Source: a virus. From it: 64,000 bases of DNA. The position numbers and the translations under genes were made by a program. Under the pieces are notes generated by a model. That model saw only the letters and a program-made list of their open reading frames with translations, was not told the origin of the DNA and did no database searches. Below are positions 58,901 through 64,000 of this stretch, in pieces. Each line of letters opens with the position of its first letter. The stretch's first letter is position 1. Where the stretch lies: the IMG/VR virus record IMGVR_UViG_3300042868_005339; one strand, 5' to 3'.

Positions 58901-60547
58901 GATTTGCTCTTGAATGGCATCTGGCGCTGTTTCTATGGGTTGAGGTTGAATCGCCTCACCCACCCCTGCACCTGCTTGCACAGTTGGGGGCAGCACAGAC
59001 ATTTCAGGCGCGATTTCGCCATTGGAGTCAGTGATCGTTTGTGAGAGATTTTCAGGCATCTCCATTGCTGGAGAAGGTGTTACTGCTGGAAGCTCAATTG
59101 CAGGCGCTACCTGTGGCTGCGGAGTATTAACCACGCCTTGAATGATATTGCGGGCTGCTGTCGTCGCCTGAGATACATCGGAAGACGTGTTTTCAGCCGT
59201 TGTGACGATGCTATCAGCGGTGTTTACTGCGGCAGTTAGGCCGGGTGAAATAGCAGGCTGTCCAAGTTGCGATAAACCACGAATGTTTTGCCGAGAAAAT
59301 GGAAGCTCTGTTGAGCGAATATCTTCGCGGTTGAAAGGCAACTGCGTAGGACGAATATCTTCACGGGTAAACGGAAGTTCGGAAGCTCTAATGTCTTCGC
59401 GATTGAATGGCAGATCGGTTGCTCGAATATCCTCACGGTTGAATGGAAGCGTTGTGACTACTCCATCTGTTGGCGCAGGTGCTGTGGTCGGTTCTTCTGG
59501 AACAATTTCAGTTTCAACAACCTGCTGCTCAGCCTGAGGGCGCAAGGCGCGATACCCACGATTAATAGCTGTTGGTCCAAGTCCAGCCAGGCCCGTCAAT
59601 CCAGTCATTGCTAGAGTTGTTGGGGCAACGTTTGTGATCCCTTGGGTATAATCCTGCACCGTCCTATCTGGCAAAACAACACTCTCAGGTGCTTCACCTC
59701 GAAGAACGCTTTGCTTAAATTCTTTGTTGATACGATCCTGCTCAACTGCGGTAATCGCTTCTGTGCCAACTTCACCAGCAGCAGCGCCGACACCAGCTCC
59801 CACCGCTTTAGCTCCAGTAACCTTGGATAGGGCATTGGAGGCGAGGCTCATGATGCCATTCTTACCGCCGAGAGCTTTACGAATGTATTTTCCAGCGCCT
59901 CCAAGGGCCATGTTGCCGAGAGCTTCTGGGCCAGCTTCGGCAGCGCCAAATTTGCGGGCCAATGGGAGCAATTCTTCGTATGCCTCATTTTGCTCTTCTG
60001 GAGTCAGCGGACGTTGCAGCTTCTCTTGGAAGAAATTGTCGATTCTTTCGCGGGAATCATCAAGAAATTGAGCGCCAGCCATGCGATAGGCCATCAAAAG
60101 CGATGTTCCTGCTGCTGCCGAACGTGCTGCCGCTGGACTCTTAGTAGCAAGAGCGGTTACTGCCCCTGCCGCAAGGCTTGGAACCAGTGTTGATCCAGAA
60201 AATCCAAGGCTTGGAGTCGCTTCTCGAATTGAGGATGAAACCGATGATGCATCACCTCCTGCCATAGCGGCAGCTTCGGAAGCATTAAGCTCTTCCTGAA
60301 GAGCCCGCATGTCTGCCCGACTTTGCGCGTAGCCCTCACTGCGCTGCCAAGGGTTTTCTAATCCTCCAAACGCCTGACGCATTGAAGCTGGAACGCTCGT
60401 TCCAAGAGAGGTAAAAGCCCTTCCAGTGGCAGAAAGAGTGTCAGACAGGTCGAAAAACGGCTTCTCCTCGACTTTTGGATACTTGTTCAGCCAAGATTCC
60501 TGATTAACTTTGGGATATTTTGTGAGCCAGTCTGTTTCAGAAGCCAT
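49949..60547 (-). CDS. giant 3,532-aa multi-module protein (candidate virion/ejected protein); function unknown
   Basis: Single uninterrupted ORF. HENIH at 56879-56893 plus two EExxH modules. Tandem 11-aa repeats. Coiled-coil stretches. Hydrophobic C-terminal third. Confidence 0.85.
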   Translation of the reverse strand: MASETDWLTKYPKVNQESWLNKYPKVEEKPFFDLSDTLSATGRAFTSLGTSVPASMRQAFGGLENPWQRSEGYAQSRADMRALQEELNASEAAAMAGGDASSVSSSIREATPSLGFSGSTLVPSLAAGAVTALATKSPAAARSAAAGTSLLMAYRMAGAQFLDDSRERIDNFFQEKLQRPLTPEEQNEAYEELLPLARKFGAAEAGPEALGNMALGGAGKYIRKALGGKNGIMSLASNALSKVTGAKAVGAGVGAAAGEVGTEAITAVEQDRINKEFKQSVLRGEAPESVVLPDRTVQDYTQGITNVAPTTLAMTGLTGLAGLGPTAINRGYRALRPQAEQQVVETEIVPEEPTTAPAPTDGVVTTLPFNREDIRATDLPFNREDIRASELPFTREDIRPTQLPFNREDIRSTELPFSRQNIRGLSQLGQPAISPGLTAAVNTADSIVTTAENTSSDVSQATTAARNIIQGVVNTPQPQVAPAIELPAVTPSPAMEMPENLSQTITDSNGEIAPEMSVLPPTVQAGAGVGEAIQPQPIETAPDAIQEQITDEGLLRQERPEMELQGLGEGNAQPQEVAAEGQIQEEVAPPITPQGTPTPATEGTVMPGGSAIERDVTKPEQMTPEEALTLPKKANDVTINVQKTRDAAQESLNSWVDSRKDRDAFRNITDKYNVPLSDMYEVAQISKGKWGAGITHQHLILLATSDSKPVSAAAVDTYGIKLPQGYVKQGDLYVFQPTNEAPPIQDTPSGSVQAAEPAASTTKDSGAEKGQEVGIGSVYQTKLNNQPQWAVQTSNKRGFGDYLFDTEEEALKAGEIERKNSQSRAKSIEDLKNKERQEAEKKASQEEVPRKFAQDLGMKGVSAEKAVSVLSQPASRRSQSAGKIYSGTKADVVSQMVQDGYIPKKRGNDFVLEKGDGDSIFKVTKTEHDFAAWTKDNSTQESPQTTTVATPTETAAPLAKEAAVASVVQQPAEGSIPAFEQESATTAIESNEKADIADAAMAFLEEDLIESKRQWSPEKIAAAKAYFASGGKDMDVLRAAFPKLVGSRPIVQAYLKADKEASEAQAKRDAADAKLAKEIERDEKEQAKAEAAQKKRDELNLKTLNSLIQKTRTNVVQGTVNPTDANQAVAILNRSGEIPNVLFTWIGTSKDFLADPANRVRYPETWAAVSANSKIEGMSENGQPIVFTDNVGVSDLDRKLANLQGTTPEVAAVRRVILHENIHKGMFFLSMKEKMQIFSFLRRMYSPQELDSLAESYSEYSDWRTNQVSYFSILEEAMTRDFDSMVEIPRDGILAEFMQFLRGIWQKITGKTSEPTLKDYKDVLRLIRNSLKNSEKVNADILVNGGKTKYETYDTSVRPYASEGYGSQRMEGVSTGDNSPRAQAIRKAVSESNWNELSPTQRAKAMEDFGLEAISSRYSFDATLLPVRITNKRTNEGRPASLFIAGANPSIEVRFDTRGLVQLQNSDATTAFAFIYDVAQEEIIHTAQHLNTYKLWQDNGSVGEFEDFEVKQYTEMLSEMYQAAADGLKNGDVKAANVIVTAWNIYNPQSPTNDIQVILQSLAQSKNAPAFAMEVGRQLLQFKRQDFTTETGWMRFVEAMKALLTDITNALKTALTMAKNGQVGKRLQDEISEVNALMNELESASQPMASKVEYDSPNDAAFNSGAEVARNTDYDERDKEVRSTIRAAYDIAPKTNGPSVPLDELFSIVKQSMPDLTETEFSRILQGLYEDSGALLIEGESPFATFTTEGERAGSAIIMPPTDMTKDDVISMLRGMSAANPAPSGGINQELYDTVLTRLRDFISNGGRIPLPIQLDRSGEANMDNYTGKKAGLGGGLRQGSGVGRAGQTDSGTPLFDGLPEGVQGVIPQAQRVESEVSRNREAIAGRGENREGKAGARPDMGMASGGYTFADYAQIASRIGARVQEVSNDIGGGLAVMADENGATTILINAAQLSERMAGISFGLDEASAFETIGNALVEELIHAADLAVQREAWIASGRRKPFTEFAIDSDKSMLDEMREVVASSNDPVKATRILFDAIQASRQLYGAGATPSDIDELFSSPNGNISIVMSEFVRQMIQQDMHQTVSEASLFRRFIERVMKMLQKIRDAIAPAKAGEFGDILKNRINETEMMLAMAYQQTGARASMIDPEDAATKQFAKNIKDINSGTTKAPFGGVQFTNFKPIDREIKSSEEYSDNAIKYVNNLENEGVSLDDIANSVISPAFLESIGIEQDLMAQDALTIEVRQRVDNAAREAKSPDRKKQLSKLSERLSAFWQGVGSKKGQHLGQRRYLVNKARYSWMFIREIAEKVMKEARTNILISNFGSENATSLTQNSYENSDKANQQAVDEIAQDVVNNNEWALIKEGEQVFEGADKTLWERAKMLVRRFAFYKRRKDMKVANAKASMTDAERSELNAILQMSDEEADAAEAKDLAEFRSIMGKLLGEESPTDTPTEKKKRKKRKEIIDTVEKRVAEGQPIEPTAEEIANEIEIAENKASQIVYRFEELYRQGFKNPPEGMSKKEQKDSIIRAFRDQVKNPVSFEQFAERLGALKVGEEVSERLFLTASRERSDLARMKKFKIEKRRVEIADKQASRLIYSTEERLRQGSKDLSKSTSGDSINKAFKDQVSDPVEKSKFAERLAKLDVSPDVAERLFKTAEREKTDLEAMAAFNILQGPKALQRMINEINNMRRGEEIPLRTPIPWRQLLSQSAKTVEEYRQRIFDAISANEELKNATPEQKARLADLFAEAWESKRKRILDSMQERLIREQEAKGNLSKKAAKALQENRMRIVEDINLGIFDNDEIAKIIAEKFGIKSEFTETEREKINSLIEVLQDEGLNAVKRQVAAYKLLEVLQGELKIPVVKMIADFWVSSVLSGPNTIVSIGLAVASGAFELSTALSRVFISGFTNPKQLPSELAGAYKTLARLLSAFGRQANIAWQYLVTGDPVFLDPSMNDVTENMQWANIGKSNQLAEQMAKSDKILVKSAGLFMRTVSRLLKALDVFNGGLTKEGSLSIVFRQIGLDPEKIAALEKKSDLKPYKDAIIQKDFGGTPPKSLHDKAIVDSYALADMMKELDKFGKVSENANQMAMQGAMTLEPSGLGGVGYRAIRSLVTNAEAGSDRFLKQAQRGWSDSAQNGDRILSGLELAFAYLMQFSAYNVANFGGVRFARFAGNKFNQGLSFIPGIGFARAFEAEFDPDRIIGKEAFIDSIQRNQLVGVILSVGGYYLLKAIAEEPDDEKRGGLFINGGWGNLTPEKKQQKLAAGEKEYTIGYNDTVFSYANWPISSALAAIGSLADLIRFSPDQWNDKNVVQIMASAAMSGAAAAADIPALSQFQELFGNSLSSKDPNEKRMERFAKVMSSYAGGFVPRFLKDIDYAQDPNLRKYETLWEKTASHIPVYRRYEGKEYYDILGQQIQRNVYPGSREFMVKPTDPAYKVLGALISRGIWLTPANAEHRMVGKGARRRSLTQEEADNYSLETGKGYKQMLLRYGQRALQMPTERAKAFLLDKADDVRDRVLKKVYRGYTPAS
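59276..59449 (-). repeat. five tandem 33-nt (11-aa) repeats LPFNREDIR-x-T-x inside the giant ORF
   Basis: LPFNREDIRATD / LPFNREDIRASE / LPFTREDIRPTQ / LPFNREDIRSTE / LPFSRQNIRGLS. Copies differ at synonymous sites. Confidence 0.9.
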
Positions 60548-60555
60548 AAAAGAAG

Positions 60556-62256
60556 TTATTTTCGCCGAACTTCGCCATCCGACCCTCTAAATTTAGTCCC
60601 CTTTGGCAAAGCATCAACTTCTTCTTCGGTTGAAATTTCTACAATGGATTCTTGAGCGGGCTGTGGCGATTGAGATGGTGATCTTGATTTTTTTTCGTCA
60701 ATATATGATTCGAATACATCGTTCCATGTTTTTCCGCTAGATAATCCAAGATCGTAAGCATTTGGAAGTTTTTTCAACGGCTCAAAGGATGGAATCTTAT
60801 TCCTCCAATCAACTTTGGATAGAGCCTTGAAGATATTACGCGTCGCAACCTCATTAGACCGAACATTTCCGTATTTAGCTACGATTTCAGGTCCAACTTT
60901 GTCGCCTGACAATACTTCATTCTTAATGAGAGAATTAAGCAATGTATCTGTGGTCATGTTTAGTTTTTTTGCGACCTCTTTGACCTTGGAGTCCATTACT
61001 GACTTGACATTATCCCATACAGGATTCGCAACTGATCTATCTTTCTCCATGGAGAATTGTATCTCTGCATCTTTGAGATTATTCTCAAGTTTCTCAGCGT
61101 ATTGCAAGCCCTCAGTAAAATCTGCAAATGTTTTAGGCTTTGGATTATTCACATAATCACGAAGATTGCTTAGAGCTTTCTCTTTAACTTTAAGTGAAAC
61201 ATTCGGATCTGAAATAGCAGCCATATAAGTATTCTCATCCGCAGAAGGATCATTGATCCCTTGCAAAACCTCAGACTCATCAACCTTGAGAATATTTTCA
61301 GCTTTTGGCGCGGCCAAATCCTTCATGGTTTGCCGGAATGGCGCTGCGGCCTTAGGTGCCTCTGGTGGCCTAAATGGAATTACAGTACCATCCTTAGTTG
61401 CGGCAACAGGAGTTTGCGCTGGACTGTATATGCCTCGGTATGATCCGCGCAATTCGTTGAACAAACGATCATACTCCTCTACCAGCTTATCGAATTTTGG
61501 ATTTGGTATTTCTGCGCCATCTTTGTCGTAAAGAACGCTTTTCCCTAATTTCTCCATCTTGTCGATCTCAGAACTAACAAGTTCAAAATCCTTTTGCTTC
61601 GCTTGACCAGCAACATCTTTAGCGCCACCGCGAGTTCCAACAGCCTCCCTTGCCGCTTTTCTCATCTGTCCCTCAAGATATTTAGCCTGCTGAACTGATT
61701 TGATGGACGGAACCAAGTTGGCATCTCCGCCATATTCAAGGAATCCTCCAATGGCTGTTTGCAATTCCTCATTCGCCTTCGCAGCAGCAGCGCGTTCAGC
61801 ATCCATCTGTTGCTTGCGAGCAGCTTGATAATTCTGATTCTGAGCGGCATACAGTCCAGCTACGTCGCTAAACCGAGGATCACTAAATGCTAGAGGGTTG
61901 CGAGTCGCAAGATCGCGGTATTTAGCTCCGAAGTCCTCGCTCTCAGGATTCAAATTACCACCTGCCAATTCGTTCGCTGCACGCTCTACCTGCGCCTCTA
62001 TCTCCTGCTTCATGCGCAAGTCTCTAGCGTCCTGCGCCACCTTGTCGTAGGCTATTTGAGCTTTTTGAGCTTCAAATACTGGAGCTTGGCGTTGAAGACT
62101 GCGAAGTTGATCTATTGCGGCAGCACCTTTGTAGAAATCTTCAACCTCACGATCAAGTGATGCCACGCCGGTAGATTTCCGAGTTTGGTTAAAAACTGGA
62201 TTGGCGGGTGCCTGAGCAGGCATTCCAAGGTAGTCGGCAAGGTCAATGACTGGCAT
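60556..62256 (-). CDS. hypothetical virion/internal protein (coiled-coil rich)
   Basis: 566-aa ORF, 8 nt upstream of the giant gene. Confidence 0.6.
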   Translation of the reverse strand: MPVIDLADYLGMPAQAPANPVFNQTRKSTGVASLDREVEDFYKGAAAIDQLRSLQRQAPVFEAQKAQIAYDKVAQDARDLRMKQEIEAQVERAANELAGGNLNPESEDFGAKYRDLATRNPLAFSDPRFSDVAGLYAAQNQNYQAARKQQMDAERAAAAKANEELQTAIGGFLEYGGDANLVPSIKSVQQAKYLEGQMRKAAREAVGTRGGAKDVAGQAKQKDFELVSSEIDKMEKLGKSVLYDKDGAEIPNPKFDKLVEEYDRLFNELRGSYRGIYSPAQTPVAATKDGTVIPFRPPEAPKAAAPFRQTMKDLAAPKAENILKVDESEVLQGINDPSADENTYMAAISDPNVSLKVKEKALSNLRDYVNNPKPKTFADFTEGLQYAEKLENNLKDAEIQFSMEKDRSVANPVWDNVKSVMDSKVKEVAKKLNMTTDTLLNSLIKNEVLSGDKVGPEIVAKYGNVRSNEVATRNIFKALSKVDWRNKIPSFEPLKKLPNAYDLGLSSGKTWNDVFESYIDEKKSRSPSQSPQPAQESIVEISTEEEVDALPKGTKFRGSDGEVRRK

Positions 62257-62259
62257 AAA

Positions 62260-62877
62260 TTAAGCGGCTTTTTTCTTCTTTTCCTTTTCTCCACCTTTTT
62301 TAATAGCGGCCAAAACTCGCTCTTTATCAGCACGCGCATATTTATTGTCCACCCCTTGGCGAGCAGCAGCTTGACCGAAGAATTGCTCCTTGGACATGCC
62401 ATCGAATGTGGCTGGTTTTCCAGTGCTGGCAGTTGCTGTTCCGGTTCCGTAGCGGCTGGTAACAACGCGCTCTTGCGGGCCATAGGAGGCAATGACTCCG
62501 CCTGTTGGGCGCTGTTGAAGCTGAGTTGGCGTTGGTCTGGATGATGGCATTGGAAGATTTCCAGCTACTAGCATGCGCTTTGTGAGTTCCAAATCTGCCG
62601 CTTCTGGATTTGCAGGCACATACGAACGCACGCCTTGTTCCTCCTGCTCACGCATTCTCATTCGAGCAGCGCCACCAGCATTCCTCAACCTCTCGCGAGC
62701 GGCTTGTAGAAGCTGATCGGCGGTTGAGATTTGCGGCCTTGTATTGACAAAAATGGACTGGAAATTAGGCGTGAGTCTGGATGCTCCACCTAAAGATTCA
62801 TAAGTGTTTCCAGTGTATGGATTGCTCGTTGCATTGAATGTCGGTGATTCTCTGTCACCAGTGATTGTGGTAGCCAT
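62260..62877 (-). CDS. hypothetical protein
   Basis: 205-aa ORF, Gly/Pro/Arg-rich with a Lys-rich C-terminus. Confidence 0.6.
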   Translation of the reverse strand: MATTITGDRESPTFNATSNPYTGNTYESLGGASRLTPNFQSIFVNTRPQISTADQLLQAARERLRNAGGAARMRMREQEEQGVRSYVPANPEAADLELTKRMLVAGNLPMPSSRPTPTQLQQRPTGGVIASYGPQERVVTSRYGTGTATASTGKPATFDGMSKEQFFGQAAARQGVDNKYARADKERVLAAIKKGGEKEKKKKAA

Positions 62878-62882
62878 GTTTT

Positions 62883-63242
62883 TTAGCGGTAAATAGTGAT
62901 TAATCCTGGATTCATCGCTCCAAAAACTGAATTGCGAGACATCTTTTGAGGCTGAGAGATTCCTTCAGACTGCATGTTAGATTGAGCAAATGGAGAAAGT
63001 GCTTGGTCAAGTTGACGCGATTTTAAGCGAAGCTCTCGCTCAGCGATGCGGTCAGGAGAGTTACGAGAGCGTCCAACTGGCGTTGAGCGTTGCAGCGATG
63101 GTGGCAGCAGCTCATTGTAATTTTGCTGCATGTTTGCCAACTCACCCTTACTAGCTTGTCCTGTATTGAAACTGTATGCTGATGGAAGAGTTTGCTTCTT
63201 CTTGAAATCATTAAGACCTGATCTGAGTGGTTCGTATGCCAT
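62883..63242 (-). CDS. hypothetical protein
   Basis: 119-aa ORF. Confidence 0.55.
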   Translation of the reverse strand: MAYEPLRSGLNDFKKKQTLPSAYSFNTGQASKGELANMQQNYNELLPPSLQRSTPVGRSRNSPDRIAERELRLKSRQLDQALSPFAQSNMQSEGISQPQKMSRNSVFGAMNPGLITIYR

Positions 63243-63245
63243 AAT

Positions 63246-63965
63246 TTATCGAGTTTGTGGAGTTTGTCCGGCTGAGAAAGACCAATCCATTGCCATTTTA
63301 GGACGGATAGCTCCTCGGTTTTGTTTCAGCCCTTGGTTAAGAACTTCGTAGCACTTCTGCCAGAAAAGCTGTGACTGTTGAAGCTCTGTAGCTCCACTGT
63401 CTTCAAGCTGAATCGCCTTCATTGCGAATTTCAGCGCACCAATGTTGTCGGGCCAGATCAAATCAGTCTCTTGAATGAGTCGAACAAAACGACGCTTACA
63501 AAGGCATCGAAGCACTGGCTTATTGTCTGGACTAGCCTCGATTGTGCCAACCTTGTAACGACGATAAATAGGATTCGTTTCACTTGGCTCATAGACGGAA
63601 AGCTCAGTCGGAGTGCCAGAAACAACGACTGACAGCGTGACGTTGCCGGTAGTGAGTGGCTTGACTACCTGCGTCACGAACATTTGCACAGCAGTGGTTG
63701 CCGTTGGATTGGCGAGCGTTAGTTCAATACCTTCTACACCGTTAGCATCGAAAATGGTGTTGCCGTTTGCGTCGTGACCGTAGATTCGCACAACTTGACC
63801 AACATCGTTTGCGTCAGCGATAGTGAGGCGGATGAATCCAGCGTCAGCTTGATACTCCTGCGTGCAAACATCGCCTTGATCCAAGATGATGCGAAGATCT
63901 CTCGTCGTCTCGTCAATGTAGCCAGGTCCAGAAGTCATGAACTCCTGCATGCGCGAGAATGGCAT
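63246..63965 (-). CDS. hypothetical virion protein (start uncertain)
   Basis: 239-aa ORF. The same frame stays open from 63965 to the window edge, so the gene may start beyond 64000. Confidence 0.55.
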   Translation of the reverse strand: MPFSRMQEFMTSGPGYIDETTRDLRIILDQGDVCTQEYQADAGFIRLTIADANDVGQVVRIYGHDANGNTIFDANGVEGIELTLANPTATTAVQMFVTQVVKPLTTGNVTLSVVVSGTPTELSVYEPSETNPIYRRYKVGTIEASPDNKPVLRCLCKRRFVRLIQETDLIWPDNIGALKFAMKAIQLEDSGATELQQSQLFWQKCYEVLNQGLKQNRGAIRPKMAMDWSFSAGQTPQTR

Positions 63966-64000
63966 CGTGGGCCAGTTGACGCGAGTGACGCCAACAATGG

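Noticed and set aside
50132-59835. Numerous 60-190-aa ORFs on both strands inside the giant gene
   Set aside because: All are nested within the single long ORF and none has an independent start context or recognisable motif. They are treated as shadow ORFs.
49949-60547. Giant ORF as an N4-like virion RNA polymerase, or a crAss-like DxDGD polymerase
   Set aside because: The size (3,532 aa) suggested it. However, I could not find T7/N4-type motifs (no R-x3-K-x7-YG, no convincing motif A/C context) or a DxDGD double-psi barrel signature by eye. The gene neighbourhood also does not follow the N4 order. I keep it as a hypothesis to test, not as a call.
1-64000. Temperate lifestyle / integrated prophage with att sites
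   Set aside because: I recognised no integrase, excisionase, CI-size repressor or flanking bacterial genes. The HTH switch at 35156-35462 and the XRE-ImmA gene alone are not sufficient evidence.

Overview
The window is almost gap-free and viral in organisation. It looks like most of a tailed dsDNA phage genome with a podovirus-like order (portal, scaffold, capsid, fibre). I saw no tape-measure or sheath gene. There are three transcription blocks. (1) A minus-strand late/accessory block spans 1-32172. In transcription order it holds small genes, a methyltransferase plus glycosyltransferase-like cassette, portal, scaffold, major capsid, tail fibre, a lysis cluster, an intein-containing phosphoesterase, a CHAP lysin, terL and more virion genes. 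Two plus-strand segments interrupt it: a thyX island (2157-5455) and a small insert (18488-18996). (2) A plus-strand early/recombination/replication block spans 32495-49281. It contains many micro-ORFs, a divergent HTH switch, MazG, a putative annealing protein plus PD-(D/E)XK exonuclease, an SSB-like protein, a RusA-like protein and a primase-helicase, then a GC-rich XRE-ImmA/IrrE islet. (3) A minus-strand block spans 49300-64000 and is dominated by one 3,532-aa ORF. Recurring themes are ATGA start/stop overlaps, start codons without Shine-Dalgarno motifs, a heavy load of homing-endonuclease-type genes (including an intein and a 5-member zinc-ribbon paralog family), and three places where two protein-like frames meet at an A6-A8 run. 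I found no tRNA, rRNA, CRISPR array, integrase, DNA polymerase or recognisable RNA polymerase. All calls rest on reading the translations and the DNA by eye, with no database search. Family names are recognitions of motifs, not search results.
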